DNA from: Spirochaetaceae bacterium
GTDB lineage: Bacteria; Spirochaetota; Spirochaetia; DSM-2461
Direction of reading: 5' to 3'
NCBI GenBank assembly: GCA_965224705.1
Contig: OZ245056.1
Span: 2,848,001-2,912,000 of the forward strand
Length of the DNA stretch: 64,000 bases
The notes under the pieces were generated by a model. The model saw only the letters and a program-made list of their open reading frames with translations. It was not told the DNA's origin and did not search any database. Positions 10,855 through 21,994 of this stretch are shown here, one piece after another. Numbering within the stretch: position 1 is the first letter of the stretch; the number at the start of each line of letters is the position of its first letter. A program made the position numbers and the translations under genes.

Positions 10855-12294
10855 TCAACGAGTATAATTCGGCGCTTCCTGAGTAATGCTGACATCATGG
10901 GCATGACTCTCCCTGAGACCCATTGCTGTTATCCTGATAAAGCGACGATACTTCCGCAATGAAGACAGGGAGACACATCCCGTGTATCCCATTCCCCTTC
11001 TCAAACCAGTCACCAGCTGATGCAGATAAGGAGCCAGTTCCCCCTTGTATGGAACCCGTCCTTCAATACCCTCCGGTACATGTTCCTCACCGGCACTCAT
11101 ACGATAGCGATCACCATCTCCGGCCTGCATGGCTCCTATGGAGCCCATTCCTCTGTAGGACTTGAAGAACCTTCCCTCATAGATGATTTCCCGGCCGGGC
11201 GATTCCTTCAGCCCGGCAAAGAGGTTGCCCAGCATCACGGCCGCAGCACCAGCACCGATGGCCTTGACAATGTCACCGGAATACTTGATGCCGCCATCGG
11301 CTATAACAGGGATACCATATTCGTCACAGACTTCAACAGCATCCACCACAGCGGTGAACTGAGGGACTCCAATTCCGGCAACGACGCGGGTCGTACAGAT
11401 GGATCCCGGCCCCACACCAACCTTCACCACGTCCGCACCCGCTTCCACCAATCGTCTGGCACCATCACCATTGGCAATATTTCCGCCGATAACAGGTAAG
11501 TCCGGCCAGGATTTCTTTATATCTGCTACGGCTTTCAACACCTCGATAGACGCTCCATGAGCTGTATCAAGAACAACAAAGTCAACCTTACTGGCAACCA
11601 GTGCCGGAACCCGTTTCTTCCAGTCGTTTGGGCTGACAGCCGCACCGGTAATAAGGCGGCCGAACTTATCGAGTGCCGCATTGGGATAAGCCTGGTGCTT
11701 TTCCATATCCCGAACAGTAATCAGTCCTGTTAAACGGCCATTGGAATCAACGACGGGGAGTTTTTCAATTCTATGCTTATTGAATTTTTTCCGAGCCGTT
11801 TCCTCGCTGGGAATACCTGTTTCAACTATTGGATTTCTGGTCATAACATCATCAACAAGAGCTTCCGACTGATCATTGAACTTCAAATCCCGTTTGGTAA
11901 TAATTCCGATCAGCCTGTCATTCTCCAGAACCGGTAAACCGGTAACCCCTGTTTCTGCCATGATTTTATTGACTTCGGACAGTGTAATTCCTTTTTCTAT
12001 GGTAACGGGATTGTCAATGATCCAGTTGAGGTATCGTTTTGTTTTTAACACCTGATCAGCCTGTGCCTCTACTGAAAGATTGCGATGAATAACTCCAGTC
12101 CCGCCATTGAGAGCCAGGGCGATGGCCATCGGAGCTTCCGTGACCGTATCCATGGCCGCTGAAATTATGGGGACATTGAGTTTTATCCCGGGGGCGATTT
12201 GTGTTGAGATATTGGTATCCTCCGGCAGTATTCTGGAATATGTCGGCTCCAGAAGAACATCGTCATAACTTAGGGAATCTCGAATTTCAACCAT
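10855..12294 (-). CDS. guaB: IMP dehydrogenase
   Basis: [12 protein letters not shown] pair, [24 protein letters not shown]. Confidence 0.97.
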   Translation of the reverse strand: MVEIRDSLSYDDVLLEPTYSRILPEDTNISTQIAPGIKLNVPIISAAMDTVTEAPMAIALALNGGTGVIHRNLSVEAQADQVLKTKRYLNWIIDNPVTIEKGITLSEVNKIMAETGVTGLPVLENDRLIGIITKRDLKFNDQSEALVDDVMTRNPIVETGIPSEETARKKFNKHRIEKLPVVDSNGRLTGLITVRDMEKHQAYPNAALDKFGRLITGAAVSPNDWKKRVPALVASKVDFVVLDTAHGASIEVLKAVADIKKSWPDLPVIGGNIANGDGARRLVEAGADVVKVGVGPGSICTTRVVAGIGVPQFTAVVDAVEVCDEYGIPVIADGGIKYSGDIVKAIGAGAAAVMLGNLFAGLKESPGREIIYEGRFFKSYRGMGSIGAMQAGDGDRYRMSAGEEHVPEGIEGRVPYKGELAPYLHQLVTGLRRGMGYTGCVSLSSLRKYRRFIRITAMGLRESHAHDVSITQEAPNYTR

Positions 12295-12296
12295 GA

Positions 12297-13736
12297 TTAA
12301 TCTCCTGCATCTTTTCTTACATCTGCTAAAATTTGCCTGTATTTATGTGTGATCTGCCGAGTTTTTTCTTCAGCGATGCCATTATATGCCGCCGGTGTCG
12401 AATAAAACTCCCCGGCATTCATCCCGAGGACTTCCCTGAGTTTCATGTCCAGGGCTTCCCAGATGGCTGAATCTTTACTCAGGATATCCTTCATGGAATG
12501 GCCGCTGGAATCGGCCTCCAGAGTTGTTCTGCGCACGATTTCATGAGCATCAGCATACCCTGATAATGCGAGAAGGATGTAGGTTGGTTCTGCCAGAACA
12601 GAATCTCCAAGGGATGAAAGGTTGACCTGCATTTTTTCTCTTGAAATCTTCAATCCATCGATCACCTGCTTCATCCTTGAAATCGCCGCAGAAAATCCAG
12701 CGATGTAATCCGTTATAAATCGGCCGGAGGCTGAGTTGGAGAGATCTCGCTGATGCTCGGAAATCTGATCCATGTAGAAACTCATGATTCTCGGAGAGAA
12801 GGCCTTCCAGAGACTTTTCACATGCTCGCAGTTCCATGGATTGCGCTTCTGCGGCATGGTGGAAGAGCCCACCTGACCGGATCCAAAGGTTTCATGGACT
12901 TCGGCAATTTCAGAACGCTGGAGATGTCTGAGATCGTCAGCGAGATTGGCAATGATACCAAAGCAGACATTCATCTCAAGCAGCAGCCGCAGAAGGTGTT
13001 CGGGTTCCACTATTTGGTTCGCATAATCAGCCGGTTTAAGTCCAAGTTCATCAAGGAAATCTTTTTCAAGTTTCTGGGGACTGCCGGTTATCAGACTCGC
13101 TGCATTATATGCACCCACGGCACCGGCTAGTTTACCTCGAAGACTGCGGCTGAGATGGCAGAGCCGTATCATCGATTGCCCGATTCGAGACACATATTCA
13201 GCAATTGCAAATCCAAATGTTATCGGAACGGCCAACTGTCCATGAGTTCTTCCAACCTGGGGGATATCCGCATTCCGGTCACTTAATACAATGAGGCTGT
13301 CCAGCAGATTGAAAACCAGGGGTAAAACGGTACCCATCATGGCATCCCGTATCCGCATGGCCATTGAAGTATCAAGAATGTCCACCGATGTTGCCCCTAA
13401 ATGCACCCAGGGAGCCAGTTTTTTCGGAACATGCCTCTGTATGACATTCACCAGTGCCCGGATATTGTGCTGCGTGACTTCTTCCTCTTTGTTCACTTCT
13501 TCAGGAGTGATGCCCTCCTCCAGAGATGAGATGGAGGTCAACAGGGCAGGATCGTCATCAAAATGAGAATGAATATGAGCCTTCAGCAGGGCTGTTTCAC
13601 ATCGAACACAGTAGCGAACAGCAGCTTTTTCGCTCAATGTTTCTGAGAGAGCCTCAAAGAGCATCCTGTTCGCCTGCCAGTACCGATGGTCCAATGGGGA
13701 TAGATTCAGGAATGGATCACGCATATCCATAAGCAA
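12297..13736 (-). CDS. purB: adenylosuccinate lyase
   Basis: LSPLDHRY, HLGATS.DI, GRTHGQ, GSSTMPQKRNP, EHQRDL. Confidence 0.93.
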   Translation of the reverse strand: MLMDMRDPFLNLSPLDHRYWQANRMLFEALSETLSEKAAVRYCVRCETALLKAHIHSHFDDDPALLTSISSLEEGITPEEVNKEEEVTQHNIRALVNVIQRHVPKKLAPWVHLGATSVDILDTSMAMRIRDAMMGTVLPLVFNLLDSLIVLSDRNADIPQVGRTHGQLAVPITFGFAIAEYVSRIGQSMIRLCHLSRSLRGKLAGAVGAYNAASLITGSPQKLEKDFLDELGLKPADYANQIVEPEHLLRLLLEMNVCFGIIANLADDLRHLQRSEIAEVHETFGSGQVGSSTMPQKRNPWNCEHVKSLWKAFSPRIMSFYMDQISEHQRDLSNSASGRFITDYIAGFSAAISRMKQVIDGLKISREKMQVNLSSLGDSVLAEPTYILLALSGYADAHEIVRRTTLEADSSGHSMKDILSKDSAIWEALDMKLREVLGMNAGEFYSTPAAYNGIAEEKTRQITHKYRQILADVRKDAGD

Positions 13737-13807
13737 TAATGGTCGCAGGAATCAATATAATCAAGCCCTCCCGGACACAATGGACTCTGAAACACACACC
13801 ATCCCTG

Positions 13808-13860
13808 GAGTCTGTCGGACTTACGTCTCACGGCTCGAAGTCTCAAAGTCCGGCAGGCTC
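13808..13860. mobile_element. 53-bp MITE/REP-like palindrome
   Basis: GAGTCTGTCGGACTT ... AAGTCCGGCAGGCTC inverted ends flanked by a direct CCTG (13804-13807, 13861-13864); the same end sequence recurs inverted at 31044-31062. Confidence 0.55.
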
Positions 13861-14092
13861 CCTGCTGAACGTTCCCGGAAGAACCAATACCAGTCTTCAT
13901 CCCGCAATGCGGGTGCAGTGGTTGACGAACCCTCTTTGCCTGTATAGTATGATCTTCTGAAGCATACAACAGTTCCAGAAGGAGAAAAAAGCCAGTCAGC
14001 AAGTCTGTCATAAAACAGACCTGTTTGACAACCGATATAAAACTACCGCGCCTGTCGTATAATGGTTATTACCCCAGCCTTCCAAGCTGAAG

Positions 14093-15610
14093 ATGTCGGT
14101 TCGATTCCGATCAGGCGCTGACATAAGTATGAGAATCTATTATAGCTTACTGCTCATTGTGTTACTGATCCCCATCAATTCCTGTAAAAAGGAGGATGAA
14201 TCCTCTTTTCCGGTAAACGGAGGGGTGCTGGCACCAGTTACCGAAACCACTCAAAATGATGGAGATGCCGAACAAACTCCCAATGCACTGGAAGAAACCC
14301 TTCTTCCGCTGGTTAATCCCGGGGAGGGTTACAGCATTTTAACATTGAGTAATAGGAATCTTGACACAGATACATCGGACGAACAGGTACTCCTTGCTGC
14401 ATCATTCGACAATGAAGAAGAACCATTGATACTCATAATCGCTTCGGCCAATACCATTCGAAATGAGTACAGTATTGCATGGAAGAAAAAACTGAACACC
14501 AGAACTCTGACTGATATCAACCTCAGGCTGGAAGACCTCACCGGTAATGGCAGGGATGATATTGTTGTTATTGGCTTCGATACCAGCGGTCAGCATGTCA
14601 CCGAAGTATTCGCCGTTCCAGAGAATGGAGAAATAACAGATTATGTTAGAGTATTCAGCCTCAGTGTTAAGGGAAACATTGATGTCTCCATCGTGGATCG
14701 CACGGCAGACTATTACAGTGGTCTTGCTGAAGGCACACCATATTCCATAATAGTGCAGGAGATGAATCCCGAATCAGATAATGACCTGGATCTCATCGAA
14801 ACAAGATGGAAATGGGTTCCCCGGAACTTTGTCTACACACAAAGTGAATCACTTCTTATTGAAGCAGAAACTATACTGGAAGAAAGGATGGAAAAACTAT
14901 ATGCAGGAAATGCTTCAACCTATGAGGATTATCTTCATGGGACCTGGTATAGAGAAAGTGGAGACAGGGCATATGAAGATATTCTGTATTTCAATAAGGA
15001 AAAAAGAGAAATAATGTTTTACGATGGATCCGCATTGGAATCCTTTATCTGGGGGAAGAGTCATCGAACAACATCCAAACGTCTTTATTTTAAGATGAAG
15101 AACTCCGTTGTCCCAAGTCTTGTCGATACCGTATATGTGAGTGTCGACACATGGGACAGCATAGATCTTTCCAGGTCATTCGGGGACTGGAACCATTCCT
15201 ACCGTCGATTTAATTCATCTTTGCAGGCAGTATTTGACAGTCGACAATCCCGGAAGACGCTTCTGGAATCCAGAACATTCCCCGGCGTATGGGAGAGTCA
15301 TGGGGATCAGAAAATCGTAATCAATCTTCCCCGCATAGAATGGTATGTCAAAGGTAAGAAACGGGTTGGTACGGCATCGTTTTTTTCAATCGATGGGACA
15401 ACGATTCTGCAGGTTCAGTTTCTTAAAGATGACAACTTCATTGAAGAAACGCAGAACTGGATCGTGTCATACAATCAGGACAATGATAATGCAGGAATCG
15501 TCCAGTCCCTTACTCTTTCTCCAGCTGTCTTAAGCACGAGTGGAGCAGCAGCTTCTGGAACTGAATTTCTAAGATTTGAGCAGATAGAAAAAATATCATC
15601 TGTGGACTGA
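14093..15610 (+). CDS. spirochaetal lipoprotein, pallilysin-related adhesin-like
   Basis: Lipobox-like LLIPINSC; FG-GAP-like DLTGNGRDDI; family assignment from recall only. Confidence 0.55.
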   Translation: MSVRFRSGADISMRIYYSLLLIVLLIPINSCKKEDESSFPVNGGVLAPVTETTQNDGDAEQTPNALEETLLPLVNPGEGYSILTLSNRNLDTDTSDEQVLLAASFDNEEEPLILIIASANTIRNEYSIAWKKKLNTRTLTDINLRLEDLTGNGRDDIVVIGFDTSGQHVTEVFAVPENGEITDYVRVFSLSVKGNIDVSIVDRTADYYSGLAEGTPYSIIVQEMNPESDNDLDLIETRWKWVPRNFVYTQSESLLIEAETILEERMEKLYAGNASTYEDYLHGTWYRESGDRAYEDILYFNKEKREIMFYDGSALESFIWGKSHRTTSKRLYFKMKNSVVPSLVDTVYVSVDTWDSIDLSRSFGDWNHSYRRFNSSLQAVFDSRQSRKTLLESRTFPGVWESHGDQKIVINLPRIEWYVKGKKRVGTASFFSIDGTTILQVQFLKDDNFIEETQNWIVSYNQDNDNAGIVQSLTLSPAVLSTSGAAASGTEFLRFEQIEKISSVD

Positions 15611-16564
15611 CACATCATAACCCCTGGATTTCAAACGGGCTTCAGCCTTATTGTCAGGATTATTGACAATCACCAGCCAGAGATCATTTTCATTTTCAAG
15701 CCAGGATGTAAAACCATCCGATTCAAGGCGGTTTCTCAATTGTGATGCAAGTTCTCGCTGACGGAATGCTCCGACCTGTATGAATGATAGATTAAGATCA
15801 GCTTGAGACTCCATGAGCGTTGAGGGCGATTCCCAGGCCTGTATTCTTGATTGCAGAACATAGAGGTGAACTGAACCTGGGAAATCACGTTCGAGACTTC
15901 TTGCAGCCTTCTCGGCCCCTTCCCTGTTACCGCTGCGGATCTGCAAACGGGCAAGTTCCAGCCATGTCGAGGGCAGAACAAGCCCATCATCAATCAATTC
16001 ATTTATTGCCGCAATACCTTTTTCAGGATCCTCCCTCCCGGCGAGCATTGCGGTGAGCAAACCCGATTTTGATTTGATTGTTGAATTACCGGACAACTTC
16101 ATTAACTCCACGGCCTCATTGTAAACATTCAATCCCATGGAATACCTTAGAATCAAATCCTGCAGTTTCCAGAATTCAACCTGGGAACCACCACCGGATT
16201 TTATGGCCAGGGAATAGTGCTTGAGTGCGTGCTGCAGAAGTCCAAGAATAACCTCTAATTCAGCCATACGGGAGAATATCTCTCCCTGCCTGTCCGGCTC
16301 AATGAGGTGTACATATTTGTTCAGATATGAAATGGTTTCAAATGGATCCTCATGGAGTGAAGAGGCATGTATCAATACATTTACAGAATCCGGATGATAT
16401 TGATTTTCTATCAGCCATTTTCCATAAACCTGGACAGCCTCTTCAGGAAGTCCTTCATTCTCCAGTTTTCGTGCATTATCAATAGTATTACCAGAGAGCA
16501 ATTCTCCGTGAAGGAGTAATAGCAATGGTGTCAGGAAGTTCATTCCTGAGTGAAGAAATTTCAT
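15596..16564 (-). CDS. TPR + C-terminal SPOR domain protein
   Basis: Helical repeats; IQVGAF....A..L...L...GF SPOR motif. Confidence 0.75.
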   Translation of the reverse strand: MKFLHSGMNFLTPLLLLLHGELLSGNTIDNARKLENEGLPEEAVQVYGKWLIENQYHPDSVNVLIHASSLHEDPFETISYLNKYVHLIEPDRQGEIFSRMAELEVILGLLQHALKHYSLAIKSGGGSQVEFWKLQDLILRYSMGLNVYNEAVELMKLSGNSTIKSKSGLLTAMLAGREDPEKGIAAINELIDDGLVLPSTWLELARLQIRSGNREGAEKAARSLERDFPGSVHLYVLQSRIQAWESPSTLMESQADLNLSFIQVGAFRQRELASQLRNRLESDGFTSWLENENDLWLVIVNNPDNKAEARLKSRGYDVSVHR

Positions 16565-16570
16565 GCGGCC

Positions 16571-16894
16571 TCACTCGTCTTCATCTGCCTTTGACCTGTT
16601 TGCTCCAAGAATCCTGGTCGGCTTACTGTCTGGTTCTTCATCGATTTCTGAGAAAAAGCTCTCATTTCGCTTTTTTTTCTCTTTTTGTTTTATATTCCAG
16701 AATATGATGAAAGGTATTGAGGAGAGCAAACCTGCCAGATACACGATAAAAAGGCTTAGAAGAATTGGAACATCTGTCAGTACACCATTGCTCCCAAACC
16801 AGATTCTTATGTCTGAAGTGAATCCAATATTGAATCCAATGAAAGTTCCAATGATGAGAAGCAATAGAATGAATACTATGAATCGACCGGGCAT
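16571..16894 (-). CDS. small membrane protein (LapA-like)
   Basis: Two TM segments (FIGFN...VPILL) followed by a basic tail. Confidence 0.55.
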   Translation of the reverse strand: MPGRFIVFILLLLIIGTFIGFNIGFTSDIRIWFGSNGVLTDVPILLSLFIVYLAGLLSSIPFIIFWNIKQKEKKKRNESFFSEIDEEPDSKPTRILGANRSKADEDE

Positions 16895-17796
16895 GATCCC
16901 CTCCTGTTATTTTCAGTATAATTAACCTGCGAGGCAATATCTACTGTATTCTGAAGAAGCATTGCCCGAGTTAACGGGCCAACCCCTCCGGGTACCGGAG
17001 TAATAGCCCCGGCAACTTCTTTTACATTCTCAAAGTCAACATCCCCGATTAATCGATATCCCCGTCTGCATGACGAATCTTCCACCCGATTAACACCAAC
17101 ATCAACAACAATGGCACCATCTTTCACCATATCAGCCCGGACAGTGCCAGGTCTGCCGGCTGCAGCAATGACGATATCGGAACGGCGAACTTTCTCAGCC
17201 AGTTTTTTAGTTCTTGTATGGCAGACTGTTACGGTTGCATTGCCTCCACGAGCCTTGCGAAACAAAAGATTGGCTAAAGGGGCTCCGACAATTCGGCTCC
17301 GGCCAACAACAACTATGTCTGCTCCTTCGATTCTAATTCCCTCAGTCTCAAGTATTCTAACAACCCCCAGCGGAGTACAGGGAATAATACCCTTTTTATT
17401 GAGTACCAGACGGCCGATGTTTTCAGGATGGAAACCATCCACATCTTTCTCAGGAGCAATTGAATGGATGATCGTCTCCTCATCAATATGATCCGGCAGC
17501 GGCAGTTGAACCAGAATCGCATGAACGCTCTCATCATTGTTCAACCTGTGTATCAGTTCCAGAAGCTTTGTTTGAGTTGAATTCTTCGGCAGATGTATAT
17601 CATGAGAAAGAATTCCAACTTCTTTACAATCCCGTTCTTTTGCTCTTACGTAAGAACAGCTTGCAGGATTATCACCAACAAGTATGACAGCCAGACAGGG
17701 CTGGCGGTTTTCCGCCCCCATCTCCCCTACCCTTTTTTTTATGTCTTTGCGTATATTGGCTGCGACAGCATTACCATCCATGATTCGGGCACTCAT
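16876..17796 (-). CDS. folD: methylene-THF dehydrogenase/cyclohydrolase
   Basis: LVQLPLP, KDVDGFHP, PCTPLG, GRSRIVG, TPVPGGVGP. Confidence 0.97.
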   Translation of the reverse strand: MSARIMDGNAVAANIRKDIKKRVGEMGAENRQPCLAVILVGDNPASCSYVRAKERDCKEVGILSHDIHLPKNSTQTKLLELIHRLNNDESVHAILVQLPLPDHIDEETIIHSIAPEKDVDGFHPENIGRLVLNKKGIIPCTPLGVVRILETEGIRIEGADIVVVGRSRIVGAPLANLLFRKARGGNATVTVCHTRTKKLAEKVRRSDIVIAAAGRPGTVRADMVKDGAIVVDVGVNRVEDSSCRRGYRLIGDVDFENVKEVAGAITPVPGGVGPLTRAMLLQNTVDIASQVNYTENNRRGSCPVDS

Positions 17797-17873
17797 ATAA
17801 TGACAATAATGAAATTATCGACTTCTGTGAATATATTCCTGACAGATAAGTCGATATACTGAAATCCTGTTAA

Positions 17874-18539
17874 TTGATTATGAAAAAATACATTTACTTC
17901 GGTCGAGTCCTGTTTCTGATATCATCCATGCTGGTTCTCAATGTAAACTCCCTCATCGGTCAGGAAGTTCTACCGGAAGAAGAACCCTTTGTCCCTCAAC
18001 TGGATCTGAATCAACGCTCCCTTGGAGATCAATCTCTGGCAATAACGGTTGGCGTGTTCATTCCATTGTTTACGATTCTGCTTGATGATTTTCCAAACAC
18101 AAGTTATACAGCAGGAGTCTATCCCCCCAATCTGTATGCCGGAGGTGCCGGTTCCCTGACATACAGCTTATATCTATCTCCTAACTGGAAACTCGGCTTT
18201 CAGGTCAGTGGAAGCTTTTCCCAGGATATCAATGAGAATTTCACCTATCTGGTGCCAATATCACTAAAGGGAAGCTATGAGTTTCATCCAGGGGGAAGAG
18301 TCACCATACCGGTGTTTCTCAATGCAGGAATCAGCCTGACATCGTGGAAGGATGATAATTTCCTCGTTGATATATATCTCAAACCAGGAGCAGGGTTCTA
18401 CTTTGACTGGAGCTATGAATGGTCATTTGGATTGGATATAGGCTATGTTTTTGTTCCCCAGCTTGGATCGGAAAATACAAATGAAAGGAGTATAGGAAAT
18501 TTCATGGATATAACACTGACAGCGGAATACCACTTCTGA
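17874..18539 (+). CDS. outer-membrane beta-barrel (TP0733/OmpW-like)
   Basis: Signal peptide, amphipathic beta strands, C-terminal aromatic YHF. Confidence 0.7.
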   Translation: MIMKKYIYFGRVLFLISSMLVLNVNSLIGQEVLPEEEPFVPQLDLNQRSLGDQSLAITVGVFIPLFTILLDDFPNTSYTAGVYPPNLYAGGAGSLTYSLYLSPNWKLGFQVSGSFSQDINENFTYLVPISLKGSYEFHPGGRVTIPVFLNAGISLTSWKDDNFLVDIYLKPGAGFYFDWSYEWSFGLDIGYVFVPQLGSENTNERSIGNFMDITLTAEYHF

Positions 18540-19843
18540 TGAAACACATAACTTCTCTCCATAAAAATGCCGTGAGTATACTTATATCAATTGTACTGCT
18601 ATTATCCGGCTGCAAGGGCGTTGGAATTTTTGCCTATGTTGCAACAACGAAAAGAATCGATAAGGGATTATTGCCTGAAGGAATGGGGACATCAAGAATT
18701 CTAACCATCAAAAAAGAATACTCGACTCATCCATATGATTACTTCACAAGCGTCTCCCTTCTGTATAGAAGCAATACCCAGGACCGGGATGCTTCTACCC
18801 GTAACAAATGGTCTTCCATAACACTGCCTTCGGGATGGACCAATATCCAATCCGTAGCGGCTTCCGATGATAAACTTCTTCTTGCCCTGAGCAGGCACTC
18901 CTCAGGTACTTTGAGCACAGGTTTATATTACTACACTGCAAAAGATGGATTCTCCCTCATTACAATTAATAACGACATATTGCTCAGTGATGACAGTTCA
19001 TACAGAACTGTTTTACTTTACTGTCCCAATCCCTCGGCAGCAAACGAAGTATTCTATGTCAATGTACTTGAGTACAGTGGTGACTTTGGGCAGAAGTCAA
19101 CATTCAGCGGCTCAACCCTGTACCTGATTGGCAACACAAACACTGACTTGAACAGTACCCACCAGAAGGGAGGAGACTGGGATACGGCTCTTAAAAGCTC
19201 ATACATCTCAAGTGCCGCATACGATAAGAAAAATACTTACAGGTTCACAATCATCAATCCCGTTGATGAAACGGGCCAGTTGACTGATGAATCAGGCAAA
19301 CAGATTGCGGCCAATACATTCACTCTCCCTTCCGGAGCTTTAACCTGGCTCCCCGGGGCTCCTGAGACTGACTGGCCTGACGGAGTTTTCATTGCAGCAT
19401 CCTGGAAACTCGACGAAACCGCATATCCTCTCTACATAAGTGCCGATGGAACCAACTGGGAAACCCTGACATCCAGCTATAGATTTTCCTGTTTCCTTGA
19501 TGTTACCTCTACAAAGGCCGGCGGCCGATCAAATTCCCCCAATGACAATCTCATTCTTGCGGGAACAAGAAGCGTTGGGAACAGCAGCAGTTCAGGATAT
19601 ATGGAGATCGTAGCCAACACCGCTGAGCCATCGCAATGGGAAATTCGCACAAACAAGAGTGATTTCACGTTTGCACAAACCGGGACATATATAGCAAGCG
19701 ATCTGAGCAGCGATGCGATATCTGGATTAACCTTATATGAAGACTATGTTTATGCAAGCACTGACAAGGATGGTGTCTGGAGGATCAACGCCAATGATCA
19801 GGAGACATACAACGGTGCAGGCCTGGAGTGGGAGCGGGAATAA
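18539..19843 (+). CDS. Ser/Thr-rich surface lipoprotein, probable beta-propeller
   Basis: Lipobox LLLSGC; beta-rich; coupled to the upstream OMP gene. Confidence 0.6.
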   Translation: MKHITSLHKNAVSILISIVLLLSGCKGVGIFAYVATTKRIDKGLLPEGMGTSRILTIKKEYSTHPYDYFTSVSLLYRSNTQDRDASTRNKWSSITLPSGWTNIQSVAASDDKLLLALSRHSSGTLSTGLYYYTAKDGFSLITINNDILLSDDSSYRTVLLYCPNPSAANEVFYVNVLEYSGDFGQKSTFSGSTLYLIGNTNTDLNSTHQKGGDWDTALKSSYISSAAYDKKNTYRFTIINPVDETGQLTDESGKQIAANTFTLPSGALTWLPGAPETDWPDGVFIAASWKLDETAYPLYISADGTNWETLTSSYRFSCFLDVTSTKAGGRSNSPNDNLILAGTRSVGNSSSSGYMEIVANTAEPSQWEIRTNKSDFTFAQTGTYIASDLSSDAISGLTLYEDYVYASTDKDGVWRINANDQETYNGAGLEWERE

Positions 19844-19856
19844 ACCCCGGATCTTA

Positions 19857-20501
19857 TCAAGTTTTTCCCGGAACTCTGAAGCTATTATCCTGCGGCTTCT
19901 GCTGAATACACTTCAGAGTATCAAACACTTCAGCCAGTTCCTTACTGCCTGAAAGATAGTAGTCTTCAATTTCCTGATCGGACAGACCTTCAAGTTCATG
20001 ACTCATATAATGTATCCAGGTATTATCATTGGTTTTCTCCCGGCACCAGTAATCCGGCTGTACAGGTAATTGTTCGCACTCAGGATTTCTTTTATAGTCA
20101 TGAACGGCCACCTTTATGTGCTCTGCCGGCACTCCCCTCTCCATGATACAGTCAACCAGATAATTTATTGTACGGCCAGTATCGAAAATATCATCAATAA
20201 TGAGCACTCTATCGCCACTTCTCAAATGCTGTGGATCATAGGTCCAGCCATCGATGCGGACACGTCCCCTTTCATGAAGATCTGTATATGATCGAGCAAC
20301 AACCGCAGCATAAAAAACAGGTTTATCATCTTTCTTGACCAGCTTAAAAAACTCACTGAAAATATTGCCCATTAAAGCACCACCACGAAGGGAGACATAG
20401 ATGATGTCTGGTGTGAATCCATCATTATACATGCGATGAGCCAGCTTCAATGCATTATTTCTCATGGCTTTCAGGGATACAAATTCTTTTTTCATAATCA
20501 A
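19857..20501 (-). CDS. phosphoribosyltransferase
   Basis: VLIIDDIFDTGRT PRPP-binding motif. Confidence 0.88.
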   Translation of the reverse strand: MIMKKEFVSLKAMRNNALKLAHRMYNDGFTPDIIYVSLRGGALMGNIFSEFFKLVKKDDKPVFYAAVVARSYTDLHERGRVRIDGWTYDPQHLRSGDRVLIIDDIFDTGRTINYLVDCIMERGVPAEHIKVAVHDYKRNPECEQLPVQPDYWCREKTNDNTWIHYMSHELEGLSDQEIEDYYLSGSKELAEVFDTLKCIQQKPQDNSFRVPGKT

Positions 20502-21994
20502 CGACCTTCCGGCATGGCAAGGATAATACTTTCACCATTTCGATAAACAGTTATCTTCAATGTATCCGGCTCCGCCTTCCCCAGGGCTGTGTATAGAGTT
20601 GGAATGCTGTCGATAAGAACATCATTGATAGATGTGATGATGTCACCTTCTCGAAGATCGAAAGTATGGGCTGGCGAGCGGGGATATACAACTGCGACAG
20701 GTATTCCGTTGAAGTGATGCGGCAGTCCCATAAGATCTCTAACCTTATCATTCATAGGAGCAGGGAGAAATCCAGGCCAGGCCAATTTGTGCATCGCGAG
20801 AATCTTATCCTCTCCCAGCCTTTCACCAATAATGGGTTGGAGTTCCATCTTATGGCCGAATCGGTCAATAGAGAAGACAACTGTATCACCTGGAGTGACT
20901 TCCCCAATTTCATATATCAGAGCTTCGTAATCAGTAAAACGCTCATCATCCATACTTAAAATCAAGTCTCCAGCCTGCAAACCTGCTTCATCCGCTGGAG
21001 AACCGAGAAATACCTGGTACACCATGACACCATGATCTGGAGGATAACCCAGAGATTCAGCCACTTCATGGCTGTAGGTGCCCAGACTGGCTCCCAACCA
21101 TCCATAGCGAACAACACCGGTTTCAAGAAGCCGCCGCACATAAGACTGAACATTATTGGCCGGTATGGCAAACCCCAATCCTATACTGCCGCTATTGGGC
21201 GTTGTGATGAATGTATTGATTCCGATTACTTCACCGTGGACATTGATCAGCGGACCACCGGAATTACCCTGATTGATGGCTGCATCCGTCTGGATGAAGG
21301 CATTGATATTACCCTGAGGGCCATATCGGCGATCCATGGCACTGACAATTCCAGCCGTTACAGAATTCCCATACCCATATGGATTCCCAATAGCCAGTAC
21401 CAGGTCTCCAACATACAGGGTATCAGAATCACCAAATTCTGCTACCGGCAGAGTTTTCTCAGAGCTGGTTATTTTTATCAGTGCCAGATCCCTCCGGTCA
21501 TCTTTACCGACAAGTTGACCGAAAACGGACTCACCGCTGTAGAGCTTTACATTGATGGTTTCAGCATGACCGATAACATGAGAATTCGTGACAATGTAAT
21601 AGGTATCCTTATCTCGATGAATAATAACACCTGCACCCATACCCATACTTCGGTAAAACTGTAACCCCTCCGGCTCATTGGAAGGATCCTTGAAAAAATC
21701 GTTCCATGGCAATTGTCCTGAGTTATCTTCCCTGAGAAGTTTTTCCGATTCTACTTTAATTTCCACCACTGATGCGTTTAATTGTGCGCTTACCAGCCGA
21801 AATGCGGATTGGACTTCCAGAAGACTGGCCAATGAATCGCCTGAAGATTCCGCAGCTCTGGCTTCCGGTATCAGCACAGTACCCGGAATGGAAGCTTCAC
21901 GGAAACTGATTGCATACATCAGCAGTCCACCCAGTAGAAAAGTCAATATTGTATGTTTTAGAACTGGTTTCTCCATTATTGAATGTCTCCCCAT
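20498..21994 (-). CDS. htrA: Do/HtrA family serine protease with 2 PDZ domains
   Basis: TNSHV, DLAL, QTDAAINQGNSGGPL, two PDZ domains. Confidence 0.92.
   Translation of the reverse strand: MGRHSIMEKPVLKHTILTFLLGGLLMYAISFREASIPGTVLIPEARAAESSGDSLASLLEVQSAFRLVSAQLNASVVEIKVESEKLLREDNSGQLPWNDFFKDPSNEPEGLQFYRSMGMGAGVIIHRDKDTYYIVTNSHVIGHAETINVKLYSGESVFGQLVGKDDRRDLALIKITSSEKTLPVAEFGDSDTLYVGDLVLAIGNPYGYGNSVTAGIVSAMDRRYGPQGNINAFIQTDAAINQGNSGGPLINVHGEVIGINTFITTPNSGSIGLGFAIPANNVQSYVRRLLETGVVRYGWLGASLGTYSHEVAESLGYPPDHGVMVYQVFLGSPADEAGLQAGDLILSMDDERFTDYEALIYEIGEVTPGDTVVFSIDRFGHKMELQPIIGERLGEDKILAMHKLAWPGFLPAPMNDKVRDLMGLPHHFNGIPVAVVYPRSPAHTFDLREGDIITSINDVLIDSIPTLYTALGKAEPDTLKITVYRNGESIILAMPEGR

Noticed and set aside
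13760..13935. 6S RNA or purine/ZTP riboswitch upstream of purB
   Set aside because: No purine- or ZTP-riboswitch consensus is visible; the main hairpin has a flanking duplication and a second copy elsewhere, which fits a MITE better. An Rfam scan is still needed.
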